Positions 27,038-38,900 of a DNA stretch of 64,000 nt are shown piece after piece. The notes beneath the pieces are model-generated. The model had not been told where the DNA came from. It saw nothing but the letters and a program-made list of their open reading frames with translations, and ran no database searches. Every line of letters begins with the position of its first letter. Within the stretch, counting starts at the first letter, position 1. This DNA is from Candidatus Obscuribacteraceae bacterium (GTDB lineage Bacteria; Cyanobacteriota; Vampirovibrionia; Obscuribacterales; Obscuribacteraceae). The stretch covers positions 513,090 through 577,089 of the forward strand of contig JBGAHS010000007.1 in assembly GCA_044226015.1 (NCBI GenBank). The letters run 5' to 3'. Both the position numbers and the translations under genes were made by a program.

Positions 27038-29418
27038 CTGACACCACCAGTGTTACTGGTGCCTTGCACCGATAATAAGTGCTCTAGTGTTACCGTGCTC
27101 GGGCTGAAATCTGCCACCGCATAGTTGTTTTCTCTAGCTGTATTCTTTTGCGTCTGTTCATCAATGTCCCAGAAGGTGCTTACAAGTATTTTCCACTGAT
27201 TCTCTTGTTCAAGGGAGAGCCGGTTAGTAATGTAGTTCATCACTTCGTCGCTGGTGACGTGTAATTCGTCAATAAAATCCATGCACCAATTCAGATTTGA
27301 AAGTTCGATTTTGTCTAGTTTGACTGAACTTTGCGTACTGCCAGCAAGGCAGACTTTCAATCTTGTGTACTGTTTGAGCTGTCGGTGGTAATCGCGAATC
27401 GCATTCCAGCCTATTTGCGAACCCACATTGAGCACAGAGTCTGGAGCTGATTGCAAAACCAGTCGCACTAGAATTTCTACTCGCTGTTTCGCATTGAGAT
27501 TCTTGCCGATTTCGTTTAAGCAGATGCTGCGATAATTGTTAGCGCTTTTAATCAGCTTCTTTTGCTCATCAGTGTACAAAATCAAAATATCATCGGAATT
27601 TTGAATCGTTGTTCGGCACAGGTTGAAAGCGAAATTTGTTGATTTCTCAGTGGCGGTGCTTCCCAGCAAAATTAGATGTGTGAATGGCCGACTGAGCAGT
27701 TTCGACAGCTTGAGATAAGCCGCGCCCGCTGCTGATGTATCTGGCGCCTCGTACTTCGTATATCTACTTGCGTCTTTTAACTCCAGGAGCAGTGGCTCAA
27801 TCTCGCATAGCTTTTGATAGTTGTCCTTCAGCGGACCGAGTAGCTTCTCCAAGTGTTTACTGCTGTTCAGATAGTCCGCGGACAGGCGAACAGGTGTTGT
27901 ATCTTGAATGATCTTGTGGTTGCGAACGCTCGCTGGTTCTTGAGAGCTTGGGTCTGTTGCACCGGTTCCGCTATTCGCGTAGCCTGTTAATTCTCGGTTG
28001 GGCTGAACGGTTGTCTTGCTGACTTCTTTGAGCAGCTGCAGGCTTGATTGTCTTTGGTTCAGTCGAATATTCTTCGGCGCTAGTCTTGGATTCGTTTTTT
28101 TGTAGATGCTTCGGTCGAATAACGCTGAATCCTTTTTCTCAGAGTCTAATCCAAAAAGTCTCCGCACATATAACATGACTTCGTCGAATATTCTTATTAG
28201 CTTCCAAGACTGGCTGTGTCTCACCCTTCTTATTTGAGAACGCAGATAATGTAAATATGATGTCTGGTTTTGAAGAAGTGATTTGCTGCTTTTATCAGAT
28301 GAAAATTCGAGTGAAGGTTTTGCGGCAACCCCCTCAAAGAATCGATAATTCAATACTCGACTGGTTTCTCGCAGAGGTCGTGTAATGTGCCAGCCTGGTG
28401 CGATGAGCAGCTGTTGAAGATAGCGCTCCATGCGAGCTATGTGTCGTTCGTTGAGTTCTACCTTTCTCTCCATTCCCGGATGGACAATTTCTTGTTTGCT
28501 GTTTGCAATAAGTAAGAGCGAATGAAATGTAACTTCGTACAACGGGTTCTTTTTAGCGAAGTTTTCGAGTATTGAAATTTGCTTCTTATCTTTGATTGTG
28601 TAGTTTAGATGCTGTGACAACTCGATGATAGTGCTGCGGAAAAAACTCTCAGCTGAATAGCCGATCGCTGCAACGGAAGAGGCTATTCCTTTTGCAAACT
28701 GAATGTAATCGGTTGCGATTGCCAGACTTTGCATATTCTCAACAGACTGGCGTTTGGAATGCTCTCGAATGCTGCAGAGTTTTTCAGATGTGCAAACTAA
28801 GCTACCGCTCTCCAATAGCCGAAGCCAGTATTCCAGGTCACCTAAATGCTTATATCGAGTGTCGAATCCGCTAGCAACCAGGGCTCTCGGGAAGAGCACT
28901 GCTGCTGGTTCCCCTATTAAGTTTGTGATTGGGAAGACTGAACATTGCAGTACTTTCGAGCGTGAAACTAGCTGACCAGTGGAAAAAATGTCAGACACCG
29001 AAGGAATCGTCAGATAGTTGTTTTTGAGAATGATGCCATCACTATCAATCCATTCTCTGGCGGCGCAAGCCAGAGCCGTGTTTGAGTCGGACTGAATAAG
29101 TTTGACGAGTTTTTCAATTATTCGCGAATCGAATAAATCGTCTTGCGCAAAGGGTTTTATGTATTCACCTTTTGCAAGGCTCATACACTTGTTGTAATTT
29201 TCGAATAAGCCTAGCCGAAACTCGTTCTGGTAAAAGCGAATTCTCTTATCTTGAGCGGCCAGTCGCCGCACAATAGCTGCCGTGTCGTCGCTTGAACAGT
29301 CGTCAATAACTATAAGTTCAATTTCATTGTGTGTCTGAACGAGTACGCTTGCTATGGCGCTCTCAATGTACTTGGCGCCATTCCAAACTGGCAGACAAAC
29401 TGATACAAGATGAGCCAT
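27034..29418 (-). CDS. GT2 glycosyltransferase with coiled-coil/amphipathic region and a degenerate C-terminal domain
   Basis: N-terminal GT2 (VSVCLPVWNG, IDDCSSD, FAQDD, IGEP, DLEYW); GWHITRPLR and SQSWKL motifs follow coiled segments. Confidence 0.88.
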   Translation of the reverse strand: MAHLVSVCLPVWNGAKYIESAIASVLVQTHNEIELIVIDDCSSDDTAAIVRRLAAQDKRIRFYQNEFRLGLFENYNKCMSLAKGEYIKPFAQDDLFDSRIIEKLVKLIQSDSNTALACAAREWIDSDGIILKNNYLTIPSVSDIFSTGQLVSRSKVLQCSVFPITNLIGEPAAVLFPRALVASGFDTRYKHLGDLEYWLRLLESGSLVCTSEKLCSIREHSKRQSVENMQSLAIATDYIQFAKGIASSVAAIGYSAESFFRSTIIELSQHLNYTIKDKKQISILENFAKKNPLYEVTFHSLLLIANSKQEIVHPGMERKVELNERHIARMERYLQQLLIAPGWHITRPLRETSRVLNYRFFEGVAAKPSLEFSSDKSSKSLLQNQTSYLHYLRSQIRRVRHSQSWKLIRIFDEVMLYVRRLFGLDSEKKDSALFDRSIYKKTNPRLAPKNIRLNQRQSSLQLLKEVSKTTVQPNRELTGYANSGTGATDPSSQEPASVRNHKIIQDTTPVRLSADYLNSSKHLEKLLGPLKDNYQKLCEIEPLLLELKDASRYTKYEAPDTSAAGAAYLKLSKLLSRPFTHLILLGSTATEKSTNFAFNLCRTTIQNSDDILILYTDEQKKLIKSANNYRSICLNEIGKNLNAKQRVEILVRLVLQSAPDSVLNVGSQIGWNAIRDYHRQLKQYTRLKVCLAGSTQSSVKLDKIELSNLNWCMDFIDELHVTSDEVMNYITNRLSLEQENQWKILVSTFWDIDEQTQKNTARENNYAVADFSPSTVTLEHLLSVQGTSNTGGVR

Positions 29419-29633
29419 TGGCTCGGGGACCCCAGGTTCTAAGGCAATGTGATTGAAGAGACTCGTGATGAGAGGATGATACAGTTTTCAACAGGAGGCA
29501 AAAAGTATGTCGCCCTTATATATTCAAAAATTCATTTGTGCTCTGAATTTCGCGTGCTTGAAACTCCTGTAGGAAGCTCGTTTTCAGCTGTGCTCTTAGC
29601 TGAATTCTGAACATGTCAGTTAATTCTCTCTAA

Positions 29634-29776
29634 GGCAGTGCCGTAAATTGTTCTATCGAGTGCTGGAAGTGAAATAGAGCATTGCCACCTCCGCATACAA
29701 GCGAAGTTGAGCCCTGGATAATGGGTTCAAGACCGAAGGTTCTCGCGGCTTCGCTGTCTAAATCGTGAGGTTTGGC
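29634..29776 (+). promoter_or_regulatory. Candidate structured cis-regulatory RNA in the 5' leader of the giant exoprotein
   Basis: Stems ggcagtg/cattgcc (29634-29640/29680-29686); agcgaag/cttcgct (29700-29706/29749-29755) enclosing ttgagccc/gggttcaa and gacc/ggtt; then ctaaatc-GTGA-ggtttgg (GNRA loop). Non-Watson-Crick pairs are G.U on the + strand. Confidence 0.4.
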
Positions 29777-29915
29777 GTAATTTGTAGTCCAGCCAACAGA
29801 AAAAACGTCGACGATCGCATAAAATGGTCGGATTGTCGCAGTACCGTTGTACCGTTGTGGCTGGTCGATTTATTCCTTTCGGATGAATTGCAGTCGCAAC
29901 TCAGGAGTTTTCGCA

Positions 29916-32900
29916 ATGTCTTTTAGAAAACGTACAGAAAAAGTTGGTGTTTCAGTGCTCGCTTTGTCACTGTCGCTGAGCCCATTACTGACACCCAAGG
30001 TACATGCTCAAAGCGCGGGACGACCTGGAGCTACTGCGACTACGGGAAATTTTGCCAATGCCAATCTCACTAATCTAGACCTGTCCTCATCATCGGCTGC
30101 GGTGTCCACGAAAAACACCACTCCTGTCAATATCGTGGTGGGTGGGTCAATGCAGCATGGAGCTGTTGCAGGCGGCACAGCGCTCACGATTTTGCCGGGT
30201 CAATTGGTAACTCCGGCTCAATATCTTGCTGTTTTAGGTGCGATGAGCGGTCAGCAAACTCTTCTTTTGAATAATCAGGGCGCAGCCTTCGGTGGAACGA
30301 CAAATTTGCGTTCGAGCAGCTTGCAAAATCTGACAGGTTTGACCGTACCTGCTGGGGTGTCGCTTCATGCCATAGGTTATAACGCCAATACTCCCTTGAA
30401 TGTTGCTGGTGCCGTAAACATTGCGGGTGCGATGTATAACTTGCAAACGGCACCAAATGTGATGGCAGTGCTGAACATGGTGAATCTGAATGTCGCACCG
30501 GGCGGGTTATTAACTAGCAATCTGCCCACTGGGATGAGCATGCCGGGTGTGTTTGGCTCTTCGGGAATGCAACTGAACGTCTCGGGCAACGTCGTTAATC
30601 AAGGCACCATTAGCAGTACTGGTGACGTGAATATTTCTGCTCTCGGAAGTGTAACAAATCAGTCTGTATCGTCAGCAGCTCTTATATCAGGACAAAACGT
30701 CAATCTGTCGATAGGTTCGGGATCTCTCGTGAACTCCGGGCTTATTCAAGCAGTTCAGTCTCTAAACATAAATAGCCCTAGCTCAAGCACGGACATTTCA
30801 ATCAACAATACAAACGGCATGCTCTCTGCGCTTGGAGCTGGAGGCATTCAAGGAATCATCAATATAAGAGAAGATGGTGCTGCTCTTGAGTTGGCAAATG
30901 TACGAGTTGTTGGTGGCGAACTCTCTGCTGCCAATGGAATTAATGTCTATGGCAAAAACATGGATGTTAACGTTGACACCATTAGTGGTGCAATCAGTAA
31001 TAAGGGATCTACAGCACATGTAAGTGTCTCTTCAGGCAATCTTGTTCTTGGCGATCAGACTCTATCTGGCGATCCTACCTATTTTAACAACGCTGGTGAT
31101 GTCACCGTGGGCAATATTACTGCGGCTAGCGATGTCGCTGTTGTTGCATCCGGAAATGTCACTCTCAATGGCGACATTCAGATTACTCAGCCTGATTCCT
31201 CCATTCTCGTCATGTCGGGGGCTGATTTCACCACCAACGGTGCCGGAACTGGATCAAACGACACCACAACAACGTTGACCTTCACTGGTTCAGTGAACTT
31301 TGGCAAGAGCATTACGATGACTAGCACTGGTGGTTCCCTGAGCACGCAGGGCTCTGGGCGCATAACACTTGCAGCGACTGGACCGATCAATTTTGGCGCG
31401 AACACCATGAGCAGTGAATCTGGTGACATTACCATCATTGCTCGCGATGGATTTTTTCAGTCAGGCGGAGCCATTACCACCAACGGACAAAATCTAGGTG
31501 AGGGGAACGTTAATATTCAAACAGCTGAGGTGAACATCCAGGCTGGTAGTACGATTCTCAATGGAACCCCTTCGGCTCTTCCCTCTGCAGGGGTCTTGCG
31601 CACATTACCTGCTACTCTCAGTGATATAAATGCTCCGAATGGTGCTGTATCGATTAGCGCTGGAAATCAGGTCAGCCTTAATGGCAACATAACGGCCGGC
31701 TCTTCTGTTTCTGTCTCTGCTGATTCTGGAGCCCTCAATCTGAATGGTGCTATAACCGGAGCGAGTGTGAGCCTCGTTACCGGGCAGAAATTCACGAACA
31801 TCATGTTCGATACATTTGCTGGGCAAATCAAAGCCACCTCGGGCGATGTCAACTTCGCCTCTTCTACTGGAAATGTGATTTCTATCGGCTCTGATATCAA
31901 TGTTGTTGCCGTTGGTGGCTCCGTCAATTTTAATTTAGATGGTGGCTTTATCACAATGGCTGGAAGTGGTGCCAAGTCAATAAATATTCAGGGTGATAAT
32001 GGAATCGACTTAAGAGCCGGAGGCACCAAAGTTGCCGCAAACATTTTGTCTGATGGTGCAAATGTTCAACTAGTTTCTGCCAATGGATCAGTTCTTGGTG
32101 TTGGTTTAATTCGTACCGATAACCTCAGTGGTGCTGGTTCGATAACTATCGCCGCCACGAAGCTGATTTCTGTCGGTGACTTGAACGCCTCATCTACTGG
32201 TGGCAATGGTGGTGATGTGTCAATCACCACATATGACCCATCTATCGGTACACTCAGTGTGAACGGCGACATAGACAACACGGGTGCTACTGGCACTGCG
32301 TCGGTGACGATTGACCGATCTGCAATTTCTGGCGGTGGCTTGCATATCGGTGGTGGCGCCACGGGATCAAACTACGTCTCCGGCGTGATTAAGTCTTCTG
32401 GTACTGTCGGAATCAAGTCCAGTGATGTGATTCTTCACGGAGGGGGTGACGCGATAACAGCCGCCGTCATCGGCATAAACTCAAATAATGGAACTGGTGC
32501 TGTTGGAAGTATTGATTCAAGTGCTCAGGGCGAAGGTGGGCTCAATGCGCCGCAAGTTCTTTTGAATGCCGCAACTGGTGTGGGAACCAACAACTATATT
32601 ACTCTCAGTAATTCTGATGTGAAGGTTACCTCGTTTGTTTCGGAAGGCGCCGTGAAATTGTATAGCAAGTCCGGTGACATTACTTCTTCATCTGTAGATC
32701 TCCCAGGCATTGGGACCTCTAGTGGAATTTTTACGGCAACAGGCTCTATCACAATTCTGAATTCAGCCGGAGCCATAAATATTGATTTGTCTGACGCGAT
32801 TAAAACTCTCGATGGAAACATCACACTTCAGAGCAATAGCTTCGGTGCCTGGCCCAACTTTGAAGCTGTAAGTGCTGGTACGACCGGTACAGTGCAGATT

Positions 32901-35900
32901 CTGCCAGCCGCTTCGAATCAAGATATTGTTGTTGGAGGATCTTATTTTAGTTCTAGCAATCTGTTTTTGATCAGAGCTCAGAATTTGATTTTTGGTGCAT
33001 CATCTGGTTTTACCGGTAAAATTTCGTTGGGTTCAAATATAAATGCTGGCGCAGTAAATGCTGGGCAGCTTCAGGGAGCCTACAATGTCAGTTTCTTAAC
33101 GGGCTCACTCTTTGATGCCGTTGGTCATAACATTGGAGTAGGTAACAATAGTTTGTCTATTGTTGCTGATGCAGGGGTTACATTCGCATCTATTAATTCG
33201 AAAAATGGCGCGGTAAATATCAGTTCGCCGGCCGGATTCCTTAGCCAGACCGCACCAGTTTCCGCTACAGGATCTGGTTCGTTCAATTTGTCGGCATTTG
33301 GCAATATAGATGGTGCTGCAGCTATCAATTCAGTCAATGGCAATATCACTATTAACATTCTACCCGGCTCAGTTAGCGGTCAGATTACAGAATCAGGTGG
33401 AATTACCGCTGGAAACGTATTCATAGGAACATCTGACGGTAAGACCTCGAACGCTTTTGGAGTTACTCTGAAGAACACTGTGCAAGGTGGATCGTCTGTA
33501 GTGGTTATGACGAATTCCGGCAGTCTAGCCACAGCCGACCTTCAAAGTAAATCGGGTTCTATTCTTCTAACAAACTTCGGAGGAAAAATAGATGCAGGTA
33601 ATCTCACTGCCGGTACTAGTGTCACCGTTAATGCAAAGACCAATGTGAACATTGGCAAAGTAATTGCGACAAATGATGTGAGTATGCAAGTCGGTAAAAC
33701 GTTGACATTCATCGGTGATGTCACCAGCACTGCGGGAAAGATTGAGACTGTTTCAGGTTTGTTCACTGGCTCTGTCACACCGGTATCTATTACAGCCGCG
33801 GGTGATTTGAAGTTGACCGCGAATGGCGCAGGAATGTTTGGTTTAGGCAAGCTTACCGGTGGTGGAAAAGGAACAACTGTTTCGCTACAAGCCTTTGGTT
33901 TTCTTACCGGTGATATTGTTAATACCGGCGGAAATGTTTCAGTAATCTGTACTAATCAGTCTTCACAGATAACAACTGGTGCTATCAATACGAGCAGTCT
34001 CGTTGATGATGGTGGCAGCGTCACTTTAGCTGGTGGCAATAATATCACGGTAAATGGTTCTATAAATACCTCGAGTCCTTCTCATGGCGGCGCCGTACTG
34101 TTGTCCGTTAACAACGTTGACGGGGGCGGTACCAGCGAAGAAGACGGTTACATTACGGTCAACGGTGACATAAATACAACTGGCAAGTTTGGTGGTGCAA
34201 TTTCTGTGCTGGCAAATCGTGCTGCAACGCAATTCTCTGTTGTCACTCTGCAGAAGTTAGATTCCTCTGGAAGCTCTTCTCCGGGAGCTGTCAACGTTTC
34301 AGCGAGTAACTTAATCGGTCCGCTTTATGTTGGTGGTACTGGACTACCTGGTTTCAGTTCTGTGCTGCAAATAACAGCCACTGGTGACAATTCTAGTTCT
34401 GTATCGCTCAGCAACCAGGTTGGTGGCATAACATTGGTTGGTAAGTCATCGACTAGTGTGCTTGCTGATGGTCAAATAACTCTGACGACAAGTGGTTTTA
34501 GTTCATTGATTGGGGCGGGTGCAGGAAATGGAGTTCTTTCGTCTGGCAAGGGAATTCAAATAAATGGTCCGATGAACGTTGGAGATGATGGCAGTCCTGG
34601 CTTCCCACATGCTAATCAGGCTCTAGCTATAGACACACCATTGCTTACGATAACATCAATTACCGGGGCGGTTAATGTAGTTAGCAACTCAGGTCAGCCG
34701 CTCGGATTGGTTTCGATGAAGGCTATTGGTCCGATATTGGTTCAATCCGACTCGTCAATTGTGGTGCAAGGTAAGATAGAGAGCACCACTAACAATGTCA
34801 CGCTGAGCTCGTTGAATGGGGACATATCGCAGGCATCATCCGCTGGCATCTGGGGCACAACGGTAATACTCTCGGCGAAAGGTAATGTTGGTACTAACCT
34901 GTCTGGATCTCAAATATACGTTGCTGCAACCAAGCTGACTGCGGCATCTGCAAGTGGTGCGGTATTCATTGAAGAACTCTCGGGAAATTTGGAGTTGGTT
35001 GGTAAAAACACGGCACCGACAGGGTTCAACTTACTTTCCCAGGTCGGTGACATCACTCTTGGTGCCGGCTCATTTGCCAACATAGGTTCCTTGCTCATTG
35101 ATGTATCCAACTCTGGAAGCAATTTAATCATTACTGCCCCCTTTTCCACTATCAGTACAACTAGTGGCTCGATTGTGTTGCAAGTCAATAATCAGATTAT
35201 TGCCCCCGCGGGTGATGTGAGTTTTATTTCTGCTGACGGAACAAATATCTCCGCCAGTATTCTAGATTTGAGTGCGTCAAAAACTTTTAGCATTAGTTCG
35301 CCAGCCGGAATAATTTTGGGAAATACCAAGGTAGTGAGCCCATCTGTTGGGCTTACATTGGATGCTTCTGGTGGGGCGAATAAAGGTTTCATAAGTGGTA
35401 TCACTGACCTGGTCACCGGCGGTGCACCGATAACCTTAAAGGCAGGTTCTTTAATTGACGGTAACATATCCCTTGGGAAATTAGACTCAAGCTCGAGTTC
35501 TGGAAATGGTGCTGACATCACGCTTGATGCTGGTGGTGATGTGTCTGTTGCATCGGTTGATGCAAGCGGGGTTCAAGGTGGCAACGTTCTCATCGGTGTA
35601 AATGTACAACCGAATTCCTTTAAGACCACTCAGAATGGTGTTAATTCTTCCTCAAACTCAAATGTTGGAGGTGGTAATGGTGGTTCCATCACAATACAGG
35701 TTCTGAATGATATCAGCATAACTGGCAGCATAGGGGCGTCCTCTCTTTCACCTCTCACTGATGCTGGTGCAATAAGCCTTGTCAGTGCAAATGCTTCTTC
35801 AGGAGTGTTCGATTCTTTCTCTATCAGTTCGATGGGACCAAGTCACGGCGGGCAGATTGAACTGAACGGATTCAAGAGTATCACTGTATTTGGTGGCATC

Positions 35901-38900
35901 TTGACCGTGTCGGGAGGCTCTGCTGGCGCAGTCTTCATCGATAGTGATAATGTTCAAGATTCAATTCTCAATATCTCGGGAATTATTGATACCAGCGGTT
36001 CTAATAGCGGCGGCGACCTGAGCATCCAGATGGGAGGTTCGGCAGGCTCTACAAATTCAATGGTGCGTGTGGACCAGGGTATTAATATCGGCAGCAATGG
36101 CACTGGTGGCAAGCTTTTTATTAGTGTTCCTAATTCTACTGTGCCTCTGACAATTTATGCTGATACGGTTCATTCTGGCAGCAACGTAATTGGACCTATC
36201 TCAGCTGTTAACGGAACCGGCCCGAACAGTATAAGCATCGGAAATTCAGTTGGAGATATACAGTTTAACGGCGCCGGTGACTCTATTGTCACTGGGGGCG
36301 GTGTGACCATCTTAGCGCCAGGCGGGAAATCAAATATTATTGGTTTTGGTGCTGGTCAAGGAAATATCAAAGCATCTATCATTACATTTGTAGCTGGTGG
36401 GCAGGTCGGAGCGCCGGGCGCAGAACTTTCCACCACCACTCCTTCTATTAATGCTAAAGCAAATTCTGGCGACCTCGGCATTATTAACAGTGGTGCTAGC
36501 TCAGTTTTAACCTTAGCAGCATCAGCCACTGGCTCTCTGAAAGTGATAACGGATGGTGGCTTTGACCTCACTGGTGCAATTAAAGCTGGTTCGGTTGAAT
36601 TGCAGTCTACTGGCGCGAATGCGCCTATCAATTTGGCACCACTATTTTCTGGTATCACTGCCTCCAGCGGAGATGTGCACTTAACTGCAAATGGTGGTGG
36701 CATAAGTTCAAGTGGACCTGCTTTGACCATAACTGCTGCCGGGCAGGTGGTTCTTTCCTTGAATACTGCGCTAAATCCAGGAAATATAAATGTAGGGGCG
36801 GCGCCAGTCAGCATAAGCGGTACCAGTGTTGACTTGCTTGGAACCGGTAAAACAGTGGCAGACCTCACAGGCAGTTCTGTAACATTGAAAGCTAGCAGCA
36901 GTACACTCAGTTCTTTTGGCAAGATAAATGCCAGTGACAGCATTTATCTTTATGGAGCTACAGGAGTCACTCTCAATAGCAATCTGACAGCTAGCAATAA
37001 TGTAGAGATATACTCTGATAGTGGAGCAATCAATGGCTCGGGCGCATCCCTGAAATCAGCCGCCGCTTCCATCTTTGTTGACCCGGGTTCGGGGCAGGTG
37101 ACTGGACTTAAAGACATATTTGCTGCTGATTCGATATATCTCGGTTCTAAGAACAGTGCAAGCCCAAGTTCTGATTCCGTCTCTGTAACGGGCAAAATCG
37201 ATGCGTCTAAACTGTTCGTTTATTTGAGTAAGGGCAGCATATCACTCAGTGGTCCGGTTACGCTAACGTCTCCTAGCGATGTCTCTGTATTGAATGCCGG
37301 TACTGGTTCAATCAATCTTCCCACCGGTATAACAACAATTGCCGGAGTTAAGCTTCTCGGGCAGGGTGACCTTTCTGTAGGTGGAACTATATCTGGTGCT
37401 AGTATTGAACTTGCTGCTACGAATGTGACATCAGCTCTAAGCACTCAAACCTCGAATCTTGTATTTAACATCAATGGCGGATTGACTGTCGATAACACGT
37501 CGGCTGGTTCGCTTTCGCTAACCGACTCGTTTGCAGACGGTAAGTTCGTCTTGAACAACAGCGGTACTGGCGTATCAATTAAGAATGTCACCGTTGTAGG
37601 TGCTTCTATTAGTCTGAGTGCGGGCGCAACTCTAGATGTGGACGACCTGGATTCCGATGGAACTGTTATGCAGCTTGTGACCGATGCTATCGGTACTTTT
37701 AAGGCTATCAATGCTGGTTCGGCACAGCTCACTATACGACCGGTGACGGATAGTACCGATATAACTATCGGTACTGCAGCCAGTGGGCTTGTGTTGAGCA
37801 GCTCACAGCTCGCCGGTATTGTAGCGGGAACCGTCACCATTGGTTCAAGTTCCGGAACCGGTGTTACTACTATCAATTCTGATCTAGACATCTCGGGTAG
37901 CAGTCTTTCTAAAATAGAATTCTTGCAGAATCCTAGCTCGTCACTTAGCTTCAAAGGTCAGACGCTGAACCTTGGGCCAAAGTCCTTAAACATTCAAGGT
38001 GGAGCCCTGAAACTTGGAATCATTGTTAGCTCAGGCTCCACTATCAATATTGATGGTGGCAGTATTGAGTTTAACGGAGACATTGGTTCTTCGAAGGATA
38101 TAACCTCAATAAGTAGTGGTGCCTCGATTGTCACCAACTCTTACAAGATTAGTGCCAGTGATTTGACCCTTACAGCGAAAAATGGCATTGTTTTTGTCAA
38201 TACATTAGTTGCCGGCAAGATACAGGCTTCATCTAGTGGTGCGCCGCAGAATATAGCGATATTCAATACCGGCAATCTACAATTAAACATACCGGCGGCG
38301 GTATCAGGCCCAATATCAGTTCAAAACCAGGGAAGCTTAAGTCTGCTGTCAGCAGTTGAAGGAAACGCCGTGACTCTGACCTCAACTGGGGCTGTGAGTT
38401 CTTTCACGAATAATGCTAATCAAATTAAAGCCAATGTTTCTGATGTCAGTTTGACTGCAGATAGCGTTGTCTTGACTGGAAGCAACTATATTTCTGCGAC
38501 CAAGGGAGCTGTTTTGATTGCACCTTCAAATGCTAGTACTCATATAAGTTTGGGTGGTAGTAAGGGATTAGTTATTAGCCAGTCGAATCTTGATAATATC
38601 TCCACGACAAGTCTTACGATAGGAGGTCCAGCTTATACAGGAGGAATAAGTCTTGATTCCAAAATCGACGTTTCGAAACTGTATTCGCTGGTTTTGAAAC
38701 AGGGTTCAGGAGACGTAGACTTCTCGTTAAATACATTTGTCGTAGGTGACAAAAAACTGACTATTGAAAGCAAAGGTATTGTGACCCTGGGGACGGTGAC
38801 CAGCAGTGGTGGCACTATTTCTGCTACTGGCGGAACTGTTTTGGTCAACGGAAATATTGGTGATGTGAATGCGATAGTTTCACTGACTTCTACTGATGGT

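Noticed and set aside
29641..29730. Purine riboswitch (CCGTAAA and GGATAAT loop-like words)
   Set aside because: The loops are in the wrong order and the conserved junction (TTTCTACC) is absent; kept only as an unknown structured leader.
29847..29915. Upstream TTG start of the giant ORF
   Set aside because: The AGGAG RBS and signal peptide fit the ATG at 29916.
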